A DNA stretch of 58,394 nucleotides from the NCBI RefSeq assembly GCF_000143415.4, contig NW_003314445.1, positions 28,866-87,259 of the forward strand. The letters run 5' to 3'. The DNA is from Selaginella moellendorffii (lineage: Eukaryota > Plantae > Lycopodiophyta). Position 1 is the stretch's first letter, and each line of letters begins with the position of its first letter. The position numbers and the translations under genes were made by a program. Below the pieces are notes generated by a model. It had not been told where the DNA came from and ran no database searches. It saw only the letters and a program-made list of their open reading frames with translations. Shown here piece by piece: positions 1-11,031 of the stretch.

Positions 1-54
1 AACCCACCATTTCCACCAGGGCATTGGCCACTTCCCCCACTTTTTTTACCACCA

Positions 55-3000
55 TTGCAATGGCCACCGCCCCCCCCCCCTTTGCCCCCCCCATTACCAT
101 TTTTGTTTTTGGGGGGGGGGCCACAAACACAAGGACCCCCCCCCCCCCCCCCCCCCCCACCATCACCACTGCCACCTCCACCACCAACGCAAATCCCTGA
201 AGTTGGGCAATCTAGTGGTGTTCAGGATAGGGAACCTGAGGAACAACCTAGAGCTGAAAGAGTTGCAGACCTTCTTGACAATGTGGTGGACAAGCGCTTC
301 CAAGAGACTGTTATGCAGACAAGGGAAAAAGTAGTTCACCAAACACTTGAGGCACTCAAGTGGCCAGGCCTTTGTGACTTGATCAAAGAAATCTCACTTT
401 GCCATTTGCAGCAGACGAACCTTGTCCGCACAGCATCCAAGTATGTCAACCCATATATATACAGCTTGTTCAAACAAAATGGCCTTGCAACAAACATTGG
501 TATGTTTCTAGTCTCTTTTTGCAAGCCAAGAACAATGGAGATCATTACCATCACACTTGAGATTGTGAATAGCTGGGATCCTATTTGGAAGAGGAAGTCC
601 TTAGAATTTGATGACATGCTTATCAGACATCCTAAGACTCGACAACTTGCAGGGACAATGTTCCAAATTATTGACGGTAACCACCAATATGGAGCTTAGA
701 TGAAGTGTATTGACGATCATTTTCGTGATGATCCCGTCTACCATATCAATGTTCCAGTCGGCCATGTCTAAGCGAGGGGACCTTTGGATGTCAATAGACT
801 TATCTTGGCCTGCCAAAAGATCAATGCGTAAGTTTTATAGTTTACCTCTAACTCCACTTTAACTTGTTTTGTTGTGTTTAAATGTAGGCTTGGGCAATTT
901 GCTGTTCAAAAACAAAACCTTGTCCATGATATCGAGCAACTTCGATTTTTCTCGAAATGACAGTACAACTTGGTTCAACAACCCAATCAGTTTTATGCTC
1001 GTTGTGTGGTGTAAAGTATGTCTTTCCCTTTTATTTTATAAAAGCCTCTTTTAATTGTTTTGGTTTTTAGCCTTTGGTGAAGGTTAAGCAAGATGCTTAT
1101 GAACTTGCATATCCAGAGAAGAGTTGAGAAGAGCTCTTAGTTGAGTTCGTTCAAATTGAGCACAAAATTCAGCATGCAAAGTCCTCAAAGTTGAAGAAAT
1201 TAGTATGCATAGCAGACAATCGCAGGCCGAAAGAGTGGCTAGAGATTATAGCCGAAATTTCTTCTCATGAATGTAAGTTTCTTATCTCACTTCATTTTTC
1301 TCAATTATGCATATGTTACTTTTGCAGTGAACAAAACTCCAGATAACATGATTTACAATATTGCAAAATCGAAGCTTCCATATAAGCAACAGATAGAGAC
1401 TCTGGAGTTCCTCAATATCTGCTTGATAAACAGAGAGAAAGGACTGCCAGAACTATTTGAGAACATGATGAGAAGGGTTGTCTACATCACACAAACCATA
1501 AGTGAAGGTGAGAAGTTCTTGGCACCATACATTGGTGACGATCCAGATGGCACATTCATGTCTTTCGACACCTACATCAACACATCATTGGAAGGGATCA
1601 AAGAGGGGTGGCTGCCAGAGAAGTCTACAAGCACAACAACTTATGATTGCCAACATGGTCAACCTTATTTCATGCGACGTGCAGCTTACAAGTATAATAT
1701 GATTTCTAAGACTATTTTTTAATATATATTTTTTACAGGTATCTTCGATATAGAGGCATGCCATTTGAGGCACCAGTTTGCACTCGACTTGTTACAAAGG
1801 GTGTAAGGGATGGAGGAATGTACTTAACAATGTTTGCGAGAGTTCCAAAGGCACGGAAGATAAAATGCCCTTGGGAGTTGGAGCTCATAGGGAAGGAGAC
1901 CTTTACACTAGATCGCGAGGAAGTTGTTAATGCTAGCAACGATGGCAATGCAAGTGACGATGGAGACGAAAATGAGGAAGCTCCAGATCAAGTTCATATT
2001 CCACCACCAAACAGCCAGGATTATGCTCCGGTTCAACCATCAAACAACCAAGATCTGGATTAGGTTCTACCAGTAAATAATGATGATCAAGTGGTTCACA
2101 AAATATCATGTTGACCTCGAAGTAAGCAAAAGTGAATTTTACAAACTAAAGGTGGTAATACATGTTTTTTGCAGCAATGACTGTTGGTAGTAATTTCATT
2201 CCAGCTCGACAAGATGCTCGTGAAGAGGAGTTGGAGGAACTCTCATCGACAATACGCCATATGACAGTAGCATACTATTTATTGTTTTTTTCATTCACTT
2301 AACTCTTTTATAGGTCCGTCCTGTATCCCCAATAACACAACAAGGCATTGTGGGTATCTTCATTGGCTCTTACAGTAGATTGTTGACATCTTTCACAGAA
2401 GACGACATCAACATGGATGTACGGCGCCAATTCAACTGTTGGTGCCGAAAGATATAAAGGCCCTTGCTCCCAATTGCGGACTTCATTCTCTTCGACTTTC
2501 CAGATGGTCTTTCAGATATTGATGGGAAAGTTGAGGATTGGAACTTTCTCACACCTAACCACATACGCGATGCATTCCTATTGTCCGAAGCACTTATGCT
2601 CGAAGCTGGCCATGTCGTCTTCATCCTACTGAACAACCCCAACTGGATGTATAAGCTTATAACGTGCGCAACAAAAGTTCATTTCAAGTCATTCTCTTCC
2701 AGGTGCATCATGGATCCTATTGGCATTGATACGAGGGGTGTCCAAGAGAAGCCTGAAAAGGTGAGTATGTATTTTATATTTTTATCTAATTTCTAAACAT
2801 TTTTATATTCCAGGTTATGATGTGGACCTATCATGCCTTCTACAAAAATACACATGATGGGTTTCATGATAGTGAACGTGCAACACGTGTTTTGCCTGGG
2901 TACGACAGTTCTACTAACATCATACCCAACCTTGTGGATGAGCAGATTCACAACACGTTTCCAGGGTATCGATTTCGAACTCCATCGGCAATGCAAGTCT

Positions 3001-3300
3001 TGCTTGAGCTCTATTGCCCACCAGATGGTGTTGTGATTGATTGCACAGCAGATAGTGGTTCTATGGTGGAAGCAGCACGTGACTCTAGTAGGTCAGTGTT
3101 TGCTATTGAAGAACATCATTTCTTCAAACTCCAGCTTAGAGGATTTCGTGAGTTGCCTCGAACCTCAAGGAGGTAAATTATGTTTATTAAAATTTCAATA
3201 TATGTTTAATTTTAATTTATAGATCACAGTCACCTGGAGTTTCTAGATTCGGAGGCTTTGGAAATCTTTCTGACTATGCAGAAGCCATGGCTCAAATATA
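55..3300 (+). pseudogene. Multi-exon ParB-like/N6-adenine-N4-cytosine DNA methyltransferase-like fusion gene (copy 1), with premature stops
   Basis: Pro-rich N-terminus; ParB/Srx-type motif FQIIDGNH (~660-685); motif IV-like ADFILFDFPDG (~2477-2510); motif X/I-like RFRTPSAMQVLLELYCPPDGVVIDCTADSGSMVEAARDSSRSVFAIE (~2970-3110); GT-AG introns (e.g. donors at ~828 and 2761); in-frame TAG at 697-699. End coordinate approximate. Confidence 0.7.
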
Positions 3301-3694
3301 TGCAAGGTGAATCTTCCCCACAATACCAATTATATGAGGAAGTATAAAAGAAATCATTATGTTGATGATGAGGCAAAAGAAAGTTAATTGCATCCTTACA
3401 TAAAATAGAAAGCTTGTTATATGTTAGATGTCAGTGAAAGTGTCAGATGTCAGTAAAATTGTCAAATGTCAGTAAAATTGTCAGATATCATAATTGCAAA
3501 TTATCATTCTCACCTGTCACCATCACTTTATAGCGCTTGTGTGTTGCCATCTCCTCCTTCAACATTTTGTAACAATTATATGTGATATGATAGCACCTTC
3601 TAGAACAAGGTATGTTACCTACAACTAATATCATTTTATTATATTTTTCTTTTAATAGTGACAATACTATAGTATAGTAAAGTAATTCTAGATT

Positions 3695-4276
3695 TTACAT
3701 TCCACTGTAGGGTGGCCTAAAAACCCCATATTTTGCACTAACCGATGTAGTGTTTCCCAAGGGGATGTTGTTCCTCACCATGAAGCGATAGTGGGTATGT
3801 GTCCGTAACTCATTTTTGAATCTATTATACATCCACATATGCACATTTTCCAGACCTGCCGTTGGGCAATTCCTACAATGCTCAAGAAAAGTTTGTAAAC
3901 CCATAGAGCCATTTGTCTTGTCTAAGAAAAAGTAGCATATTGGACACCGAATGTAATAGCGTTCTATCCTTTCAAATAGTCTCGCCATGTCAGGAGCAAA
4001 ATCTTGCAAAAACATGTGGCATTGCTCTTGAAGCGCTGAAGGCAATCCCTCTCTAGTAGTAATATTCGAAATTTCACATATAGGGAGCTCTAGTTCAGCT
4101 TCACTAGAGCCCTTAGCAAAAAAAGGATTATTATGTGGAGGTGAAAGTGGAATGTTGGTAGAATTTGGGGATGGAGGTGGAGATTGATATGAAATGTTGG
4201 GGGGCCAAGTATAAGTAGCAATGGCTCTCCTTTGAGCCATTTCAATACAAGCTTCTAAGGAGCTCAAGGAGAACAA
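3695..4276 (-). CDS. Element-encoded small Cys/His Zn-finger protein (CPIC-x18-H-x3-C-x8-H), function unknown
   Basis: 193-aa ORF; paralogs at 28753-29276 and 29537-30104 share SPPPSP, APDMA, CPICYFxLDKTxGxMGL and FMVRNNIPLxNTTS motifs. Confidence 0.6.
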   Translation of the reverse strand: MFSLSSLEACIEMAQRRAIATYTWPPNISYQSPPPSPNSTNIPLSPPHNNPFFAKGSSEAELELPICEISNITTREGLPSALQEQCHMFLQDFAPDMARLFERIERYYIRCPICYFFLDKTNGSMGLQTFLEHCRNCPTAGLENVHMWMYNRFKNELRTHTHYRFMVRNNIPLGNTTSVSAKYGVFRPPYSGM

Positions 4277-5479
4277 AAAATCTACAATGACTACAACTTT
4301 TCTAGATAGTTTATATACTCAGTTTTAGTCTTGGGAATGAGGTTTATTTATTATGACACTCACAATATTCAAATTCTTTAAATGTCAGTCTTGGAAATGG
4401 GGCTTTATAATCATAGCTTTCTTGTAAACATAAGAGCTTCTAGAATTTTAGATTATCGTGCATACACATGCTCTATCATTATGATGAATCCTACTTTGCT
4501 ACACATATATTCTTTTCTACACATGCCAAATGTCTAGGGAAATAAACTACAAGGAAATATAGACCACATTATAGTGGCAGAGCACGTTGGCACACTACCA
4601 TTCTCTCATGTGAGATTGCCTTTCAGTCTTGGAAATGTAGAAAAAGTTGATTCTTTAATATGATATTACTTTTGAGTCTTTCGAAAGATTTTGATTTCTT
4701 TTATTATTATTTACAAACAATTCCCAAAATCTTTTAATGAGGATTCACTGCAAAATATACCTTGATCTTATCATATGAGAGGATTGAGATATAAGCAGGC
4801 AACAAAGTTTTTTATATGAATTAATATGTAAATTACAAATGTTATGGAAAGTTTTATGGAGTAGATTTCTTGGTGCTTTACGCCGTGTTGTTTATTTCTT
4901 CATTTTTCTTGCTCTGGACTGTTGTTTCAGAAGTAATAGGGGCATTTTTATCAATCGTGATAATGGTCTCCACATTCCCAGATGGGTAATAAAGACCAGG
5001 AGTGTAATATGGAGATTGTGGTACTAGTTGAGTTGAGCTCATGAGTTGAGCTCAATTCAACACAAGTCAACTCAAGTTAATATAGTCAATAAGAAGTATT
5101 ACAAAGGAAATCTAAATTGAACAAATGAAGGTTCTAGCAAACTTTAAAATATTAAAAAACATAAATATCTGAGTTAAAAGTTTCTATAAGATTGAAATGT
5201 TTAGAAAAGACAAAGTTCATGAGAATCTATCTTTTATAAAACTATATTATTTTATTATGACAACTGTTATAGCTGTCATATTTGATTTGACTACTTAATA
5301 TTTTGAATACTTTTACAGCTGTAGATGTTATTCCTTCATTCAAAAGATTTTTTAGGGTTCTTGAGAAGATGGGAAGCAAGGAAAATACAAGATCTATGAG
5401 TAAAAGTTGTAGTGCAAAGGAATGTAAGAATGTTAATTTGTTTCTTGGACCATCCCCAATCCCAGTAGCTCAAAGAAAG

Positions 5480-6259
5480 TGTGGGTGGTTCTTCCTCCTC
5501 CACCACAAGACTTCAACAACATTGGAGGATTTGATTGCAAGGCCCTTGGCAGCAAACTCTATCTTATTGGAGGATGGGGCCACAGTAAATCACTGAGCAT
5601 CTTAGATTCACACACGAATCAATGGAGCACCACAGCACCAATGCTGTGTCCTCAATTCTTCTTTGCGTCCGCAGCTATGGGGGGTTGGTGGCAACCGTGA
5701 GTGGGAGAAACAGGACGCTAATGCATACAATCTGCTGGAGGACCAATGGTATCCTCTCCTACAATCTGCTGGAGGACCAATGGTATCCTCTCCTACCATT
5801 GTCACCGCATGGGACCATGGCCTTTCACAATGCTCTCATCATGGATGGTAACAAGAACATGCTGGTAATGGAGAGACACTTGTTTTCTCAGCAGAAGACC
5901 ATTCCTGGGAAGTGGTGGACATGACTAGATTGCATGGGTGCTGTTGTATTGTACATGCCAACCAGATGTATGATGCCGACATAACCAGATCGTTGTTGCA
6001 GAGATATGACAGTGGCAACAACTCATGGGAGGCACTCCAACTGACAAACACTTCTTCCAGCAATAGCAAGTTTGGGTTCTGTGGTGTGAGCTGCCAGAAG
6101 AACATCTGGGCAGTCAAGGAGGATTGGAAGGTCATGAAAGTGATCCAAGTTCCCAACGATGGTGGCTTGGAAGACACAGCGTGCCTTTCAGCAGCAATCC
6201 ATATCCATCATTCCAACTCGAAGTTCTTCAAGCTTGATGGATCCTGGATCAGCTACTAG
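5480..6259 (+). pseudogene. Kelch-repeat (F-box/kelch-type) gene remnant
   Basis: Kelch motifs KLYLIGGWG...ILDSHTNQWSTTAPM and AYNLLEDQWYPL in shifted frames; 34-bp tandem duplication at ~5726-5793. Confidence 0.7.
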
Positions 6260-6339
6260 CTAAAGGAAAGTTCTTTACATGGATGTCATGTTTGCAGCAA
6301 ATGCCCAATGAAGGCATGTCCTAAAAAGATGGTTTTAGG

Positions 6340-6760
6340 GGGCATTACAATGTGCTGAGGTGGCTTGTAGGGAAGCAGCAGAGCATTGTGTTTGTGTCAC
6401 TCCAGGATGCTGATGTTTATTGGAGTTTTTTGCAAGAAACAAAAGGAGGCCTGGGCTTAGCTTCAAGTATATGCAGGACATCTTGGTTTAGTGCTTTCAA
6501 GCACATTGATTGATGGTTTATTTTGTCCAGATTAAATTGGGATGAAAAAAACTAACACTGTCTAACATACACTCTTTCACTTTAACAGAAACTTCAAATG
6601 TCTTCCAAATACCATTTAGGTTTTTGTTTTATTCTACAACTCTTCTTTAAAATGGGATTCAATAAGTGAGCTTTGGAATGGATACAAAGGATTTGCCAAT
6701 GGTGCAGCTATACGTGAAGGTGGAGCTAGGTAAATTGCGGGACATCATTTAGCAGGGTGG
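6340..6760 (+). pseudogene. FAN1: Highly degenerate, internally deleted FAN1 remnant
   Basis: Short blocks match FAN1 copies: GTGTCACTCC, AAAGGAGGCCTGxGCTTAGCTT, CATACACTCTTTCACTT, ATGTCTTCCA, GGTGGAGCTAGG...CGGGACATCAT; architecture similar to the remnant at 15885-16590. Confidence 0.6.
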
Positions 6761-7599
6761 ACAGCCAAGTTGTTGTGGATGTCAAAGCCTAGAACATGCA
6801 CCACTGTCCCAAAAGCCATTATGTTGCAATTGAGTAGTCATGAATGATAGAGGAAGGTGCTGATGACAAGCTATGGTCATCCTGGATTGCCTATAGAAGT
6901 CTAGGTCGTACAAAGTGGTGTCACAACTGAAAATTGCACCAGAAGGCAAGTGGAAAGCTCAAAGTTGAGGAAGCCATGCTCCCCCTATCATGCTGTGTCC
7001 AAGAGTGCCAGAAAAATCTCTTATATCCAAGAGTCCTGCTGAAAAGGTACTAAAGTTGTGAAAAAGCTGTAGAGTGCTCACGTCCACCACTTTCATTGCT
7101 GTGAAGTTGTTAAAAGAATGAGGTGCTCTGATTGACTGCTACAGGTGTGGATGGCCATGGTCCAGAGCTGAGTGTGGTTGAAAAGAGTCACTGCTCCAAG
7201 TCAAAGTAGGAAAAACATGCTGGAATCTTGAAAATGCCACCTTGCAGGATCCTAAGTTTTGCAAGCTCAAAACTCTCATGCAGCATGTCCAAACTTGTTG
7301 GAAATGGATGGAGAGAAAACTAGAAGAGTCTCCTGAATATCATTGTGAAGGCCTAGTGTCAGAAGCATAGAAGCAGAACTCACTATTTAATAAAATTTAT
7401 GTCAAGCATCTATGATAAGCCTAGAGTACTTGAAAGTCACACATTAGTGCATAAGGGGTGGATACATTGCCTTCACAGTTGGCCAAAGAAAGCCTCTAAT
7501 AAAAACTCTTGGAATGCTTTTGTCAGAAGATTCATAGGCAACTATTCAAGAGCACAAACTTTATGCTCTTTGATAATGGTCTTTTATATGCTATTAATG

Positions 7600-10070
7600 A
7601 TGTTTGAAAACTAGGAGAAAATCTTTGGTGTGGTTTGGCTTGGGATTGCGACTAGCTGCACCAGACTACTGTTATGGTTGCAGAATGACAAAGGGCTTTC
7701 GTTGTCATTCCCCTTGGAACAAGCTACCAAACACATGAGTTAATTAAAAACTAACTTGAGACCTTCAATCCCCAAGAAGGATCATGCGAGTGGTCGTGAG
7801 TAAGGATAAGCTTGACATCACTAGAATACTCTGAGTCTTGAGCAAATAAATGTGCATTGGTGATAGGTTGGAATACAACAAAGATAGGGATAGGGGTCGA
7901 GTATTAACTCTCCCCCTTAACTACTCCTACATGGTGGCAATTACCATTTCTTCCTGAGTCCTGACTATCAAGATTGTAACCTTGAGTGTTAAGGTCGTAA
8001 TCTTGAATGTCAAAAAAATGCTCAAATGCATGCTTAATTTGATATACTTCACTCTCCCACAACTAAACAGAGCTTCGTCTTGAAGCCCCTACTACTCCAT
8101 TGCATCGGTTGGCTTTGTTGGCACTGAATTTCCTGCGAGTTTGACTTGGAATTTGTTGAGTCGCTAATGGAACTCTTCATCATCGTCATTCTCCTCGTCG
8201 TGTTTGCTTTCATTGTCGTCTTCCATTACTGCAGGCTGCTTTGCCATCAAAATGGGGATCTCATTGTGGAGGTCTGCATTTTCTTTAGCGAGCTCATCAT
8301 TGATGCATTGTGTCTCCGCACATACTGTCCCTTGGAAGGACATACCTCAAATGCTCCTTTTGAGCTGCTGGATGTCGTTCTGGATCTTGTTGAGCTTTGC
8401 ATCTAGGGGCTGGAAGACAACTACGTTGATTATGGCCTATACTCCATTGTGTAGAAAGATGCTCATTTATTCGTTGTGGAACTGTCATGCAAAGTCCGGC
8501 AGGATTGGCATCTGTGGCGTTGGTTGGAGGCGTTGGACTTCATCAACAAACTGAAGGAACACCGAGCTGAGCAGCCTGTGTGGCAGCTCTAGTTCGCATT
8601 GTTGCTCTTGCTTTGGCTCCCTGCATCATTCCTGGTCTGGACGCTCCTTGCTGTGGTGCTCTCGGTGCTGAGGCATAGTGCTGTCGTCAACTGGTGCTTT
8701 TGTAGGTGGGGATGCTCGCCCTTCTTTCTTGGTGTGAACTGCTACACTATTGGTTGGGGTGGTTATGGAGTCAAGATTGATTTCTTGGTTTTGTTCCTGA
8801 CTCTTTTCCTCCAATTCTTCCTTGGAGATGATGCTTTCGATTTGGTTTGTGGTTGTCCTGTTCTTTGGGGGTGAACCTGTTGTCATCTTGGTTCTTTTTT
8901 CTGGTGGAGTCATTGTCAGTGGCAAAAGCTCTTTTTTGTCCTCTTGTTCTTCCTCCTCTTCATCTCCTTCATCGGATATATGGAGCGGATCCTCTCTTCT
9001 CTTCGATTTGCATTCCCACTTTCTTCTAGTTTGTGGTGTTGTCGGAGGTACTTTCACGCTGAGTGAAAATTCCGAGTCAAGAGCTGACACAAGTGCAGCC
9101 ACATAGGGGAATGCAAGTGTTTCACATTTTTGGCTGCTATGGATCAGTTTTGTTGCCAAGTGGATTTCCTTAATGAGTTTTTTGTGGAGGTAACTTGTGA
9201 TGTCCACTTTGATTTTGTGTTGCAAGTCATAGAGGATTGCAATGGCTTTGCTGGTGGAGCTACTTGACTTGCACATCTCGAGAGTTGAGATGAGAAACTT
9301 GAGCCTTGGCTTTGCTTCATCGGTGATGTTACTCATTTGAAGTGAGCTTCTGGAGTTGTAATTCTCAATGATCTTGATGCATCCCGGTGGCATCCCTTTT
9401 GTTTGCAACATGGATGTGACTTGCTTTCTGTTGTTTGGAAGCTTGACTACCCCTGCAATGTAGCCCGTGGTGAAAATATATTTGAGTTCTTGGGCACACA
9501 CCATTTCTTCTCGAAAAGCTGGAAGCATTTTCTTTGCAATGTCAATCTTGTACTCTTTCTCTATGATGCGGGAGAACTCATAGAGGCCTATAGCTTGATT
9601 TCGGTGTTGTAGATCCTGATCTCGGTGCTTGGAGATATAGCCGCAAATGCTAGAGTTAGGGTTTTGCCCTTTGCTCTACAGTGTTGAGTTCAAGTCTCTG
9701 TAGTAGCCAGTAGAATTGGGAAGGTGTTTTTTTGGGTTGCATTATTGAGCCTTTTGTAGTTGACGTAGACTTTGAGTTTGCCATTTTTCTTGAGAATAAT
9801 GACAAGTGGTGATAGCCATTTCAGGTTTTGAATTAGGTAGATGAAGCCAGCATTCTCAAGCTTGTCAAGTTCTTCTTTAACTTTCGTTTGCATGTTAGGG
9901 TTTATTCGATAGGCTACTTGCTTTCTTGGTATAATTTGAGGTAGCGATTCGGTGCATGTAGATCTCAGGAGGAATTCCTCGCAAATCTATATTTGATCAA
10001 GCAAAAATATCTTTGTACCTGTCAAGAAGATTGATTGCTTTTGTCTTGAAGTCAGGGTCAAGCAAACCTA
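7600..10070 (-). mobile_element. Degenerate Ty3/gypsy retrotransposon fragment (RT N-terminus, extra ORF, PPT)
   Basis: RT fragment VKEELDKLENAGFIY...WLSPLVIILKKNGKLKVYVNYKRLN (9690-9893); 300-aa extra ORF 8626-9528; PPT-like TTAAGGGGGAGAG on minus strand at ~7908-7920. Left boundary approximate. Confidence 0.7.
8626..9528 (-). CDS. Retrotransposon-associated extra ORF (3' of pol), unknown function
   Basis: 300-aa ORF between the RT fragment and the PPT; LAFPY motif followed by an acidic/low-complexity tail, reminiscent of Athila/Tat-type extra ORFs. Confidence 0.4.
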   Translation of the reverse strand: MLPAFREEMVCAQELKYIFTTGYIAGVVKLPNNRKQVTSMLQTKGMPPGCIKIIENYNSRSSLQMSNITDEAKPRLKFLISTLEMCKSSSSTSKAIAILYDLQHKIKVDITSYLHKKLIKEIHLATKLIHSSQKCETLAFPYVAALVSALDSEFSLSVKVPPTTPQTRRKWECKSKRREDPLHISDEGDEEEEEQEDKKELLPLTMTPPEKRTKMTTGSPPKNRTTTNQIESIISKEELEEKSQEQNQEINLDSITTPTNSVAVHTKKEGRASPPTKAPVDDSTMPQHREHHSKERPDQE

Positions 10071-10667
10071 ACACTGATGACCTCCACGAAAGGACGCCAT
10101 TCTGAGCAACCTGGTCTGGATTTTGGAGGAGGTTCATGTTGAAAGCCTTTCCAGCAGCATCGTAATTGTAATTCCTGTATATATACACTTTAAATATTGA
10201 ATATAACATTTCCAGCTTACCAGGTGAGCTGCAAAGGTCCTCTTCCATAGTAAGCCTTTGTACCTGCAGGACATGGGATCCCACGACTAGTGTCACAATA
10301 GACGTTGTTTCGGTTGATCTCAAATGTATTGCAGTGCTACAGCCAAGCAACCATATACAAACTTCAAGACATTAGTGATATTAATGGATAAATGCTATCC
10401 GAGTTTACTTCCAGTCTCCTGCTTCACATTTGCAAAGTAGGCCGCCAGTTCCCTCTTTTGAACATCAAGACTCCCCGTGCTTCCAAACGTGGGATAGTTT
10501 TTTGTTGCCGCAATGAAATCGTTGTATTTGTAGAAAGGATTCGCAATGTTGGATGGGAAGAACTTCCTAAACACAGACTCAGTTATAATGCTAGAGGGAG
10601 ATGCTAGTGTAGAGAACGGAGAAAATCCTGAAAGGCATAGCATAAACATTATCATGACTAATGCCAT
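10071..10667 (-). pseudogene. GH19 chitinase, 3'-truncated and frameshifted
   Basis: Signal peptide + KRELAAYFANVKQETG, YYGRGPLQLTW, NYNY motifs; 2-bp deletion in exon 2 relative to other copies; exon 3 joined to gypsy pol at ~10070. Confidence 0.85.
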
Positions 10668-11031
10668 GGTACTTAAAATGATAGTATGAGAACCGTGGTT
10701 GTGCAATGGAATTTTGGGGCCTTGAGTGGGATTGCGATTTATACGGACTTCATAGCCTTGAAATGCCGTGTAGATATTAACTTCTCTCCTTGGTCGAAGC
10801 ACGCTAAGAAGAACTTGCTTGTAATACAAGTGACCAAAGAAGAACTTGCTCGTAATACAAGTGACCAAACTTTGAAGGCATCTATTAAAATTCATTGTGC
10901 ACTAAAATAAGATAATATCATAAAGAGCCCTAGTGAATTCAAAGGAATGGAGGGAAATATTTGATTTGGCTAGGGTTTAGGTCTGCGAAGAGGAAGCGTC
11001 CTAGGCGGTGTTCCATGCGGTAATCTCAGCA

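Larger units (their letters stand above)
1..5457. mobile_element. Right-hand part of a MULE-family element (copy 1) carrying ParB-MTase and Zn-finger genes; left end lies outside the window
   Basis: Same gene order as 24910-31186. Ends in TTGGACCATCCCC (5445-5457), identical to the right terminus of the complete element at 31174-31186. GAGTTGAGCTCA subterminal repeats at ~5027-5055 (inside a local inversion). Confidence 0.75.
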
